Of a stretch of DNA of 64,000 nt, positions 10,585-19,775 are shown in pieces (the first letter of the stretch is position 1; each line of letters opens with the position of its first letter). The notes below the pieces were generated by a model. It searched no databases. It saw nothing but the letters and a program-made list of their open reading frames with translations, and was not told the origin of the DNA. The stretch is from Candidatus Latescibacterota bacterium (GTDB lineage Bacteria > Latescibacterota > UBA2968): positions 3,200,001-3,264,000 of the forward strand of contig OZ241986.1 of the NCBI GenBank assembly GCA_965204375.1, written 5' to 3'. A program made the position numbers and the translations under genes.

Positions 10585-10610
10585 AATGTCCTCCCTGAAG
10601 AGATAGGATT

Positions 10611-10985
10611 TCATTTGAACTTTGCAGGCGATACATCACCTTGCCCACGCATGAATTGTCGAACTTCAATCCGCGTACATTGAAGTGCGCGTTTTAAGTG
10701 AGTCAAAGCGCGTCTCGGTCTGGTCTGCGTGCCACATGTGAACAGATCAACCGCTGCAAAACCCTGCTCTGGCCAGGTGTGGATGGTCAGATGGCTCTCC
10801 TGAATGACTACAACACCCGATACACCAAAGGGCGAAAAGTGATGAAACATACTATTGATTACCGTAGCACCTGCGCGTTGGGCAGCTTCAACCATAACCG
10901 CTTCAAGTGCGGCGACATCATTGAGCAGATCGGCGGGGCAACCGTGCAGATCGACGAGCAGATGTTTGCTCAGTGCATGGGACAT
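10611..10985 (-). CDS. speD: S-adenosylmethionine decarboxylase proenzyme
   Basis: HLLVDLHGC, FSPFGVSGVVVIQESHLTIHTWPE, DLFTCG. Confidence 0.93.
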   Translation of the reverse strand: MSHALSKHLLVDLHGCPADLLNDVAALEAVMVEAAQRAGATVINSMFHHFSPFGVSGVVVIQESHLTIHTWPEQGFAAVDLFTCGTQTRPRRALTHLKRALQCTRIEVRQFMRGQGDVSPAKFK

Positions 10986-10993
10986 AGGCTCAT

Positions 10994-11764
10994 TCAGGAT
11001 AAAATTTTTTCGACATATACACGCGCTGCAGCACAAGCCTGGGCAGGTTCGCCCCAGGTGACTTTTTCCAATTCAATGACGAGTTCACCCTCATAACCCA
11101 CGCCTTTGAGAATACCGATAACATCCTCAAAAGGCAAATCGCCCTCGCCAAAAGGCACGGGTATTTCCCCCTTCTGATCTCTCAGATGAACAAGGCCAAT
11201 GCGATCGGCAAAAGCTTCTGCAAAAGCGCGCACATCAACCCCTGCTGAAAGAAGATGCCCCGTATCCATCAGCACCCTGGCGCGATCGGGAAGCTCGGGC
11301 AAAATGCCCTGATAATCTTCGATATTCTCGAACAAATTCCCCTTGTGATTGCCTATGTTGAGGGTAAAGTTGGAGATGCGCTCGAGCACGTGATTAATAC
11401 CCGTAATAAAATCCTCCCGCGCTTCGTTTGTGCGATCACCGCCTTTGAGATTGGCACACTGTAGTCGCAGAGCGCGAGAAAGATGGATATCCCATTCGAC
11501 CTGGCGCATATTGTATCCCAAATCGCGTTCGTCCTTACTGGAATTGCGTCCCGTGATATTGCGAATATTGAGGCCCGTGAGCGTAACGCCCGCATTGTCC
11601 AGACGCTCGCGCACCATACGCACCGATGTATCCACGTGAACCGGCGAACTCTCGGTAAACGTGCGAAAAAGTTCAATGCGATCAAAACCCGCTGCTGTAG
11701 CAACGTTCAGCGCATCGGGCAAAAGTAAATCGGGACAAACAGTGGTGCTAAAAGTAAGTTGCAT
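10994..11764 (-). CDS. Sugar phosphate isomerase/epimerase (xylose isomerase-like TIM barrel)
   Basis: AGFDRIEL, MDTGH, VHLRD, VPFGEGDLPF, GYEGELVIELE. Confidence 0.88.
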   Translation of the reverse strand: MQLTFSTTVCPDLLLPDALNVATAAGFDRIELFRTFTESSPVHVDTSVRMVRERLDNAGVTLTGLNIRNITGRNSSKDERDLGYNMRQVEWDIHLSRALRLQCANLKGGDRTNEAREDFITGINHVLERISNFTLNIGNHKGNLFENIEDYQGILPELPDRARVLMDTGHLLSAGVDVRAFAEAFADRIGLVHLRDQKGEIPVPFGEGDLPFEDVIGILKGVGYEGELVIELEKVTWGEPAQACAAARVYVEKILS

Positions 11765-11826
11765 AAGGGTATCTCTATAAAAAAGTTGTCTGCAGCCAGT
11801 AGTCAGTTCCCCCATCCCCTCACATC

Positions 11827-12201
11827 TCACCTCAGATAAAGCACAACATCATCACCCTCGGCCTCCACGCGATAGGTACGCACGCGCAAATCGTCATCTG
11901 TAATAGACTTACCTGTCTTCAACTCAAACTCCCAGTTGTGCCAGGGGCACTTGATAATTTCGTTTTCGCGTTCATGCCCGATATCGGTAAAACGCCCACC
12001 GCCCACCTCTTCGCCCTCCCAAACGACCAATGGGCGTACACGGCCCTTGCAGAGCGGACCCAAGCGGTGGGGGCAGATATTGCGCAGGGCATAGAGATTA
12101 CCATCCACATTGAGAACACCAATTTCCCGGTTATTAATCGTCACAATTTTGCGCTCGCCAGGGGGCAGATCCGCTATTTTCGCTACCCTGTGTTTCGACA
12201 T
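11827..12201 (-). CDS. Rieske [2Fe-2S] ferredoxin
   Basis: CPH...CPWH Rieske ligands; overlaps the upstream gene's stop codon. Confidence 0.93.
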   Translation of the reverse strand: MSKHRVAKIADLPPGERKIVTINNREIGVLNVDGNLYALRNICPHRLGPLCKGRVRPLVVWEGEEVGGGRFTDIGHERENEIIKCPWHNWEFELKTGKSITDDDLRVRTYRVEAEGDDVVLYLR

Positions 12202-13313
12202 CAGAAAAGCCCAAATATTTCGCTGGCATTCTCGCCCATAATACGCCTTTTCAGATCGCTGTCAATATTGCGAAGGACATGACCGGGCTCATCCCAGTCC
12301 CAATGTGGATAATCACTGGCAAAAACAAGGGTATCTTCGGCGTGCATCCAGCGCAGATAGGTTTCCAGATCTTCTTTTCCGCCGGGTATATCGGGCATAG
12401 GTTGCGTGCCCAGGCGGATGTGCTCGCGAATATATTCGCTGGGCAGACGTTTGACCCACGGCGTGTAATCTCGCAGCGCGCGCCAATCGAGATCGAGGTG
12501 CCACATAAGACCCGGCAGCCAGAAAGTATCCATCTCGACAAATATAAAGTGGAAATTCTGGAATTTCTCAAACACGCCCTCCACCACGAGACTCGTGACG
12601 TGAGCCTGTGCAATTTGGGGCCGCGCCATGCGCATCTCGAGATAATAGGTGGGATATCCCGCAGCAGTGGGCGGTGCTGCAAGACCCGCGCCTTCAGCCC
12701 CAAAATGAACCGAAACGGGCAACCCGTGTCTCTCACAGGCCTCGTAAATGGGATGGTAGTGGCGGTTGCCAAAAGGCATGCGGGCACCCGCGGGCATCAT
12801 AACCTGCACAAAATCCGGATCGGAACCCAGACGGTCAATTTCCACTACCGCGAGTTGCGGATCTACAGGACAAATATGAATCGAAGCCCGAAACCGCGGA
12901 TCGGCACTGATCCAGTGGTCTTTTGTCCAATCGTTAAACGCACTGCAATAAGCCGATGCGTAATCCGGGTTGTTGTGAACAGCTGCTGCATAAGGCCCAC
13001 CCGTGAGAACCGCGTAATCTATATCATACACATCGAGATGCTTCTCAATACAAACCTGTGGCTGATGGGCGGGATTTTCCTTTGGATCTTCCCACAAATC
13101 TTTTCGCGCACCGCCTCCCGGCATATTCGTATATCCGAGCCTGGGCATCATCGTACCAAAATCTTTGATATACTCGACAAAGTGGCGCGGCATATACGGA
13201 TAGAGCGCGTCACCCTTGTCCGGAGAATGGTGTACATCGCAATCTACAATCGTCATTTTTGTAAGAGCATTAGCCCTTCCATTGGCGCGCGGAGCAGTTG
13301 TAGTAGCAGACAT
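12201..13313 (-). CDS. Amidohydrolase_2 fold protein (possible amidohydrolase-related dinuclear oxygenase)
   Basis: IVDCDVHH, PVSVHFG, EGVFEKF, FASDYPHWD; coupled to the Rieske gene. Confidence 0.88.
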   Translation of the reverse strand: MSATTTAPRANGRANALTKMTIVDCDVHHSPDKGDALYPYMPRHFVEYIKDFGTMMPRLGYTNMPGGGARKDLWEDPKENPAHQPQVCIEKHLDVYDIDYAVLTGGPYAAAVHNNPDYASAYCSAFNDWTKDHWISADPRFRASIHICPVDPQLAVVEIDRLGSDPDFVQVMMPAGARMPFGNRHYHPIYEACERHGLPVSVHFGAEGAGLAAPPTAAGYPTYYLEMRMARPQIAQAHVTSLVVEGVFEKFQNFHFIFVEMDTFWLPGLMWHLDLDWRALRDYTPWVKRLPSEYIREHIRLGTQPMPDIPGGKEDLETYLRWMHAEDTLVFASDYPHWDWDEPGHVLRNIDSDLKRRIMGENASEIFGLF

Positions 13314-13368
13314 CGCAACCTCCTATGTGATGGTCAGGAGAATAGATTACTTCCTTTTTAATGTCAAG

Positions 13369-14115
13369 TCAAACGATATCAAACGTACGAGCCACCACCC
13401 AATCGGGTCGGGGACTATCCACCGCACGGGGCTTATTGGATATGGCATTGTACGCAATAATAAATGTCTTGCGAGGTAATGGCGACATATTGTGACCAGA
13501 GCCATGCACGATATTGCAATCAAAAAACAGCACATCGCCCGGTTTTCCCGTAATATGCTCAATATCTTCCTCACAGATTTTTTCTTTCAGAGTATCTGTA
13601 TCAATACACCACTGCTTATAGCTCGTCGTAACCGTATCCGCATAGTGCTCTTGACGTCCCCATTTATGAGACCCGGATACCACCATCAAACAGCCATTGT
13701 TGAGCGTGGCCCGATCGAGAAAAACCATAGCGGATACGAGACGCGGATCAACCCCATCCCACATCCAGTACCCATAGTCCTGATGCCACAGCCAGACCGT
13801 GCCCTCAAAAGCATCCTTGACATTGAGTTTCGAGTGCCAGATATACACATCGTCTTTGAGAACCTGCCGAACGGGATGCAGGATTTTGGGATGACTGATA
13901 AGCTCCTGAAAAGCGTCAACACTCCGATGGGCGAGATAAACCTGACGCACAGCCCCACCGCGTTCGCGTTCCCGATGCAACCCGTCGTTCTCTCCACTGA
14001 GCAAAAGCGGAACATCGCCATTGAGTGCATCGACCTCGTCGGATGAAAGCAGACCGGGCATAAAAAGATAACCCTGTTCATCGTATCGTGCGAGTTGTTC
14101 ATCTGTCCATTTCAT
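13369..14115 (-). CDS. PhyH family Fe(II)/2-oxoglutarate dioxygenase (EctD/proline hydroxylase-like)
   Basis: WHQDYGYW (HxD), NGCLMVVSGSH, PGDVLFFDCNIVHGS, PR. Confidence 0.92.
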   Translation of the reverse strand: MKWTDEQLARYDEQGYLFMPGLLSSDEVDALNGDVPLLLSGENDGLHRERERGGAVRQVYLAHRSVDAFQELISHPKILHPVRQVLKDDVYIWHSKLNVKDAFEGTVWLWHQDYGYWMWDGVDPRLVSAMVFLDRATLNNGCLMVVSGSHKWGRQEHYADTVTTSYKQWCIDTDTLKEKICEEDIEHITGKPGDVLFFDCNIVHGSGHNMSPLPRKTFIIAYNAISNKPRAVDSPRPDWVVARTFDIV

Positions 14116-14127
14116 GGGTAACTCCTA

Positions 14128-14964
14128 TTACTGAACGAGTTTGATCTCAAACAATTTGGGCCACCACTTGCCCGTAACAAAAATGCGGTCAGTCGCGGCA
14201 TCATAGGCAATGCCATTTAGCACGCCAACGCGGTGGTGCAAGCGATCGGTTTGAGAGAGAATACCCGTGAGATTAATCCATCCCGTAACCTTACCGCTTT
14301 TGGGGTCAATGCGGGCAATGCGATCGGTTTGCCACACATTTGCGAAAATCTGTCCCTTGATATATTCAAGCTCGTTGAGATAATGAACAGGCCCCGTACT
14401 ATCGGTCACTTCAATACGCCCAATTTCCCTGAATGTATTGGGATCTCGAAAATAAATAATATTCGTACCATCGCTCATAATCAGCTTTTCGCCATCGTGC
14501 GTAAGCCCCCAGCCCTCCGTAGAATATGTAAATTTGACCTGTAACTCAAATGTGTTCTTGTCGTACACAAAGCATATACCTGATTTCCACGTAAGTTGAT
14601 ACAGGCGGTCGCCAAAAATCGCGACACCCTCGCCAAAAAAATTGGACGCAATGCTTTTCTGCGTCAAAACCGCGCCTGTGGCGGGCACAACCTTGCGAAT
14701 GGTTGAAGCACCGTAGTTTCCGGTACCTTCATAAAAAAAACCATCTTCAAAAACCAAACCCTGAGTAAAAGCATTGGGATCGTGTAAATAGGTATTGACA
14801 ATAGTGTAGGTATAGATGGACGGAAGCGCAGATTCAGAAGAAGAGGAATCTGCACCTGGAAGAGGCGGCGTCTGGTTGCACATCGAAAAAAAGAAAATGC
14901 ACCAACAAATAGAGAAAACGCGAACACATCTTTTGGCATTGGCAATCAATGATTTAATTCCCAA
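14128..14964 (-). CDS. Glutaminyl-peptide cyclotransferase (beta-propeller type), exported; start uncertain
   Basis: HDPNAFTQGL, FGEG, QLTW, EGWGLT, LNELE, VLNGIAYD, VTGKWWP. Confidence 0.93.
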   Translation of the reverse strand: MGIKSLIANAKRCVRVFSICWCIFFFSMCNQTPPLPGADSSSSESALPSIYTYTIVNTYLHDPNAFTQGLVFEDGFFYEGTGNYGASTIRKVVPATGAVLTQKSIASNFFGEGVAIFGDRLYQLTWKSGICFVYDKNTFELQVKFTYSTEGWGLTHDGEKLIMSDGTNIIYFRDPNTFREIGRIEVTDSTGPVHYLNELEYIKGQIFANVWQTDRIARIDPKSGKVTGWINLTGILSQTDRLHHRVGVLNGIAYDAATDRIFVTGKWWPKLFEIKLVQ

Positions 14965-15071
14965 AAATTTTCATGTGCCTGGACAGTTGGTGTGACTCTT
15001 GTTAAATATACGATTATGGTGCATAATACTCAAGTAGATGAATATCCGAAAAACGCGAATGGAGGTTAATT

Positions 15072-16322
15072 ATGGCCGAAGGTAAATTCGACCTGCTGTT
15101 GAAAGGCGGGCGGGTGATTGATCCCGCCAACAAGGTAAATGGATTATGCGATGTGGGAATTGCAAATGGGAAAATTGCAAAAGTGGAAGCGGATATCGCC
15201 GCAGAAGAAGCAGACCATGTGGTAGATGTGTCAGACCTGATAGTAACACCCGGGTTGATCGATATTCACATCCACGCCTACTTCACCCGAGCATCAGGAG
15301 AGGGCCTCTTCAGTGCAAGCCTGAACCCAGATGCACATTTCCCACATTCTGGCGTAACAACATGCGTAGATACGGGCACCGCGGGATGCGAAGAAATAGC
15401 GCATTTTCGCCAAACCGTCATGGAACATGCAAAAACGCGGGTACTGGCCTATGTAAATATTTCCGCACCCGGTATGGGCGCGCCCGAGCAGGATATCCAA
15501 ACATTTGACGTAGATAGCGCTGCAAAAGCCGCCCTCGAACACAGCGAAGTAGTCGTCGGCATCAAAACAGCACATTACTGGACAAGCGCGCCATTTGACG
15601 ACATGCATCCACCCTGGGAATCAGTGGAAAAAGCAGTTGAAGCGGGCGATGGATGCGGCATGCCCGTCATGGTCGATTTTTGGCCGCGTCCCGAACGGCC
15701 CTATCCCACGCTGATTCTCGAAAAACTCCGCCCAAGTGATATTCACACCCATGTTTATGCGCGGCAATTCCCAGTAGTAGATGACAACGGAAACGTCGAA
15801 CCGTATATGTTTGAAGCCAGACAACGCGGAGTCTGGTTTGACCTGGGGCATGGCGCTGCGAGTTTCTGGTATCGAAACGGAGCGCGAGCCATTGCCAATG
15901 GATTTGCCCCCGACTCCATCAGCACAGACCTGCACATGGGCAATATTTCTGGTACCGTATTCAGCATGCAAGACACCATGTCAAAATGTCTGGCAATGGG
16001 CATGACCCTCGAAGACGTAATTTACAGATCAACCGCGACGCCAGCGCGTGCTATCGGACGACCGGAATTGGGCACCCTATCAGTGGGTGCAGAAGCGGAT
16101 GTTGCAGTCCTCGCTCTCGAAAAGGGGAACTTCTCATTTCAAGACTGCGGCTATACGCGGATAGATACAGATCAACGCCTGATCTGTCGGCTCACAATTC
16201 GCAATGGACAGATCATTTTTGATCGAGACGCGCGCACCGTACCCCATTGGGAAGATGCGCCCCCCGAATACTGGCCGGTAACTGAAATACCCGTCAGGGT
16301 CCCCAGATTGTGGCGGGCATGA
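15072..16322 (+). CDS. Amidohydrolase/deacetylase family metallohydrolase (dihydroorotase-like)
   Basis: GGRVIDP, PGLIDIHIH, GVTTCVDTG, FDLGHG, PDSISTDLH, GAEADVAV. Confidence 0.92.
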   Translation: MAEGKFDLLLKGGRVIDPANKVNGLCDVGIANGKIAKVEADIAAEEADHVVDVSDLIVTPGLIDIHIHAYFTRASGEGLFSASLNPDAHFPHSGVTTCVDTGTAGCEEIAHFRQTVMEHAKTRVLAYVNISAPGMGAPEQDIQTFDVDSAAKAALEHSEVVVGIKTAHYWTSAPFDDMHPPWESVEKAVEAGDGCGMPVMVDFWPRPERPYPTLILEKLRPSDIHTHVYARQFPVVDDNGNVEPYMFEARQRGVWFDLGHGAASFWYRNGARAIANGFAPDSISTDLHMGNISGTVFSMQDTMSKCLAMGMTLEDVIYRSTATPARAIGRPELGTLSVGAEADVAVLALEKGNFSFQDCGYTRIDTDQRLICRLTIRNGQIIFDRDARTVPHWEDAPPEYWPVTEIPVRVPRLWRA

Positions 16323-16332
16323 AAAGAACATT

Positions 16333-16412
16333 ATCCGCAGATGGACGCAGATAAAAGCAGATGAAGGCAGATGAAGGCAGACAAAAGCAGATGAAGGCAG
16401 ATGAAGGCAGAT
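16333..16412 (+). repeat. 10-bp tandem repeat (units like ATGAAGGCAG, about 7-8 copies) between 17-bp direct repeats
   Basis: atccgcag atggacgcag ataaaagcag atgaaggcag x2 acaaaagcag atgaaggcag x2; CAGATTGTGGCGGGCAT at 16304-16320 and 16408-16424. Confidence 0.9.
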
Positions 16413-16433
16413 TGTGGCGGGCATAAGTAAACG

Positions 16434-17441
16434 TCAACTCAGCGTTTCTGGGCGCACCATCTCGCCCCGTTCGGCCGATGTATCGGCCGCGCATGCCGCC
16501 GCGAGCGAGTCGAAGGCATCTTCACCGGTCACCGCGATCGGTGCATCGTTCACGACCGAATCGACAAACGCGTAAACGGCCCCCGCGATCCCCGACGCTG
16601 TACTGTTGTCCAAACCGCTTAAATCTTCCCAGTCTTCTGCCCCTTCACGATAGACATGCGATCCCACAATCATGCCTGCAGAAGCAACCACTCGGAACAT
16701 ATCGTCGAGAGAATTTGAACGCGGCCATCGCGCCTCGTAGGTCACCGTGACCTGACCCACGACATCACCTGCAAACTGGAACAGGGCGGATGTTGTCTTA
16801 TCTCTTGGGAACTCCAGATTACCGAGCCGATTGGCGAAAGCACAGACAGACTCGACAGGTCGCCCTGCGTAATGTCGCGCGAGATCCACTTCGTGAATGC
16901 CCGAACCGTTTAAAGCACTCCGCCCTGCCTCTACCGACGCATACCACGGCGAACGCGCAAACTGTCCGCGTTTGTCCTGAATTGCATCAATACGGAGGTG
17001 GATCAAATCGCCCACTTCGCCAGAATCGAGAATCGCTTTGATTCGCTTGAAGCGTGGCCGGAACCTGCGCTCGTGCGCCACCATCACTTTCCTCCCCGTC
17101 GCCTTTGCCGCGGCCAAAATTGCACGCGCATCCTCGAGGTTCGTCGCAAGCGGTTTCGTCTGCAACACATGGGCACCAGCCTCGAAACAAGCCGTTGAAT
17201 GTGGTCGATGGAGATGGTCGGGGGTCACGACACACACCGCGTCAGGACGCTCCTTTTCGAGCATAACCTCAATCATCTCATAGATGGCATCCACCTCGTC
17301 GTACTCATTATGAACCATTTCGGCTCGATCGGCGTCTGGATCCACCAGAACAAGCCTATCTATATCCGGATGCCCAGCCAGCGCACGAACAAAATACTGA
17401 CCCAACCCAAGCCCTACAACTGCTGCCTTTATTGATCCCAT
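16434..17441 (-). CDS. Gfo/Idh/MocA family oxidoreductase
   Basis: AAVVGLG, VTPDHLH, HVLQTKPLA, GSGIHEVD; AAGGAGA RBS before ATG 17441. Confidence 0.92.
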   Translation of the reverse strand: MGSIKAAVVGLGLGQYFVRALAGHPDIDRLVLVDPDADRAEMVHNEYDEVDAIYEMIEVMLEKERPDAVCVVTPDHLHRPHSTACFEAGAHVLQTKPLATNLEDARAILAAAKATGRKVMVAHERRFRPRFKRIKAILDSGEVGDLIHLRIDAIQDKRGQFARSPWYASVEAGRSALNGSGIHEVDLARHYAGRPVESVCAFANRLGNLEFPRDKTTSALFQFAGDVVGQVTVTYEARWPRSNSLDDMFRVVASAGMIVGSHVYREGAEDWEDLSGLDNSTASGIAGAVYAFVDSVVNDAPIAVTGEDAFDSLAAACAADTSAERGEMVRPETLS

Positions 17442-17465
17442 AACGTCTCCTTCTGCTTTAGCAAA

Positions 17466-17495
17466 AAGGCGATCCATCGCCTGGTAGATCGCCTT
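17466..17495 (-). terminator. Terminator-like hairpin after the ZIP transporter gene
   Basis: AAAGGCGATC...GATCGCCTTT stem followed on the minus strand by a T-run. Confidence 0.55.
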
Positions 17496-17521
17496 TCTCT
17501 TGGATTATCATATTTATTGCA

Positions 17522-18379
17522 TCAATGCATTTCGTGCGTCTCCAACCCGTGCATAGCTCCGGACTCGATAAAATACAGCCCATACGCAAGAGCGATCCCC
17601 ACGAGCAAGGACACAGTGAGCTTGACTCGATCGTGACAGTGAAAATGGATTTCCGGCAGCAGATCGCTCAGGGAAATACACAGAAACGCGCCGGCTGCAA
17701 AAACCAGCACATAACCGACCACCTCTTCCTCCCAATGTCCCAAAAACCCAATCCCCCAAAAAGTCAACAAAGCCACCACCGGACAGAGCACCGCGAATCC
17801 GATATTAACTGCTATACGAGCACGGAGGCTATGACCCGCGGCCTGCAACAAACCGATAATGGAGAACGCGTCGAGTGGCTTGTGAAAAAGAATCGCAAGA
17901 AACACCCCAAGCCCCACCAAACCGGCTTCGCCCTCGTGTATTTCACCAACCCGGATACTGGTGCCCAAAGCGATGCCCTCGGTCACAGTATGCAAACCCA
18001 GACCCAGGCAGATGCCGATCAACCTGCTTTCGGGACTGGTATGCTCGCGGGCATGCTCATGGAGAAAATCACCTGCCTCATCGCTGAAATCGTGCTGGTG
18101 AAAATGGAAGATACGCAACAACAACACCATCATTATGATGCCGAACATCATCAATACCATGGCTTTTTCGACGGCACCCGGCCCGGGAATCCATACCAGA
18201 CCGTGCGGCAGGAGATGATACAGAGCGATGCCCAGAATGAAACCTGCAACAAAACTCATCACCGTCTGGATGCGCGTATGCGTCATGGTAACCTTTGCTG
18301 GCAGATATCCGCCGAACAAAGACGCGGCAATGATAGCGATAGAGTATCCTATAAAAAGAGGTAGAAAATTCGAATCCAA
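17522..18379 (-). CDS. ZIP family metal transporter
   Basis: FVAGFILGIALYHLLPH, His-rich loop, LHTVTEGIALG, HKPLD, SDLLPE. Confidence 0.92.
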   Translation of the reverse strand: MDSNFLPLFIGYSIAIIAASLFGGYLPAKVTMTHTRIQTVMSFVAGFILGIALYHLLPHGLVWIPGPGAVEKAMVLMMFGIIMMVLLLRIFHFHQHDFSDEAGDFLHEHAREHTSPESRLIGICLGLGLHTVTEGIALGTSIRVGEIHEGEAGLVGLGVFLAILFHKPLDAFSIIGLLQAAGHSLRARIAVNIGFAVLCPVVALLTFWGIGFLGHWEEEVVGYVLVFAAGAFLCISLSDLLPEIHFHCHDRVKLTVSLLVGIALAYGLYFIESGAMHGLETHEMH

Positions 18380-18415
18380 AGTGATTTAAACCCCAAAAAT
18401 CCAAATGATCTGATA

Positions 18416-19666
18416 TCAAAGTTTGAACAGAGGGCGGATATTGAACAACGTATCCTCATAGCCATTCTTAAAAGCACCTGCGCGGAATCGCCAAACGATC
18501 AAGGCGATCAGGGCAAAAGCACTGCCCCATTGGATGAGCTGAATGGTCTCTGACTCCGAGGGACCAAGGTACACGGGAATCGTCACGCCGAGGGCGAGAA
18601 GCAGAATATCAACTGCAATGCCCAGTACGACAGTAACTGCGATCACCGATGACACATAGATAGAGGCAAAGCGCGTGCCGAACTGGCTGACAATAATCGC
18701 AATAGTGCCCGTATTGGTCGCCGGTCCAGTCATCAGAAAAATCATCGCCGCGCCAGGACTAAACCCCTTGGCGACCAGCGCGGCGGCTATCGGAGTACTC
18801 GCGGACGCACAGATATAGAGAGGTACACCAACCAGCACCATAACGGGGTAGGACAACCAGCGCGCATACGCATTTGACATCAGATCGCTCGGAATCGCCA
18901 GATAGATCACGCCTCCCAGCGCGATGCCCACGATCAACGCAAACAGAATATCGTCCGCTATTTCGACAAAGCCATAGCGAAAAATATGCCTGACGACTTT
19001 TTTAAAACTCAGATCATCCGCAGAAATTTGTTTGTCGTCGGCCCGAACCATATCGCGTTTGTGGTGATTGATCATCCTCACCCAGCCAAAAAATAACGTC
19101 TTCAATTGTGAGGGACTAACGTAGCAATCGTCGCTTCCAGATACCAGAGGTTCGTGCCCATGGTCGTGGTCACATTCATGATCGCAGTCCTGGTCATAGT
19201 CACGACCGCGATCGCTCCTCTCAGTCTCGTCGCGATCATCTCGTATGAGACCCATACAAAAAATACCGGCGACGACAGCGGTAATAAAACTGATGATGGG
19301 CCTGATAATAGCGACGATAAATCCAAAAAATGCGTTCGTGACCAGAATCGAATCCGCACCTGTTTCCGGCGCCGTAATCAGGAAAGACATACAGGACGAA
19401 CGAGACGCGCCCTTATTGCGCATCTCGGCAACTATTGGCACAACCGAGCAACTGCAAAGCGGCACGGGCACGCCAACCGCCGCACTTGTACTCACCGATT
19501 TCAAGCTATCCTCACGCAACCATCGCAGAATGGCCTCACGCGAGATAAATACGTGAATCAGACCTGAAAGAAATAGCCCCAGCATTAGCATAGGTGCTAA
19601 CAACAGGAACGATAACCAGAGAAAATCAAAGAAATCAGTCAATATTTGGAGAACTTTTAAAACCAA
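18416..19666 (-). CDS. ArsP/SO_0444-type heavy-metal permease
   Basis: GVPVPLCSCSVVP, FLITAPETGADS, His/Asp/Cys-rich linker, PLYICASASTP, FLMTGPATN. Confidence 0.9.
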   Translation of the reverse strand: MVLKVLQILTDFFDFLWLSFLLLAPMLMLGLFLSGLIHVFISREAILRWLREDSLKSVSTSAAVGVPVPLCSCSVVPIVAEMRNKGASRSSCMSFLITAPETGADSILVTNAFFGFIVAIIRPIISFITAVVAGIFCMGLIRDDRDETERSDRGRDYDQDCDHECDHDHGHEPLVSGSDDCYVSPSQLKTLFFGWVRMINHHKRDMVRADDKQISADDLSFKKVVRHIFRYGFVEIADDILFALIVGIALGGVIYLAIPSDLMSNAYARWLSYPVMVLVGVPLYICASASTPIAAALVAKGFSPGAAMIFLMTGPATNTGTIAIIVSQFGTRFASIYVSSVIAVTVVLGIAVDILLLALGVTIPVYLGPSESETIQLIQWGSAFALIALIVWRFRAGAFKNGYEDTLFNIRPLFKL

Positions 19667-19775
19667 TTGACCTCACCTCTTCTGCCAGACCGATGTTGAC
19701 GTGCTGGCCATCAACCCGGGCGGTTGTTGGCCTTTATCATTTTCATTTGTATTTGCAGTTTTTTTAACTTCAAAC

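Noticed and set aside
16333-16412. CRISPR array
   Set aside because: 10-bp head-to-tail units with no spacers; no cas genes in the window.
16134-16494. Repetitive small ORFs (LHLPSSAF...)
   Set aside because: Translations of the 10-bp tandem repeat.
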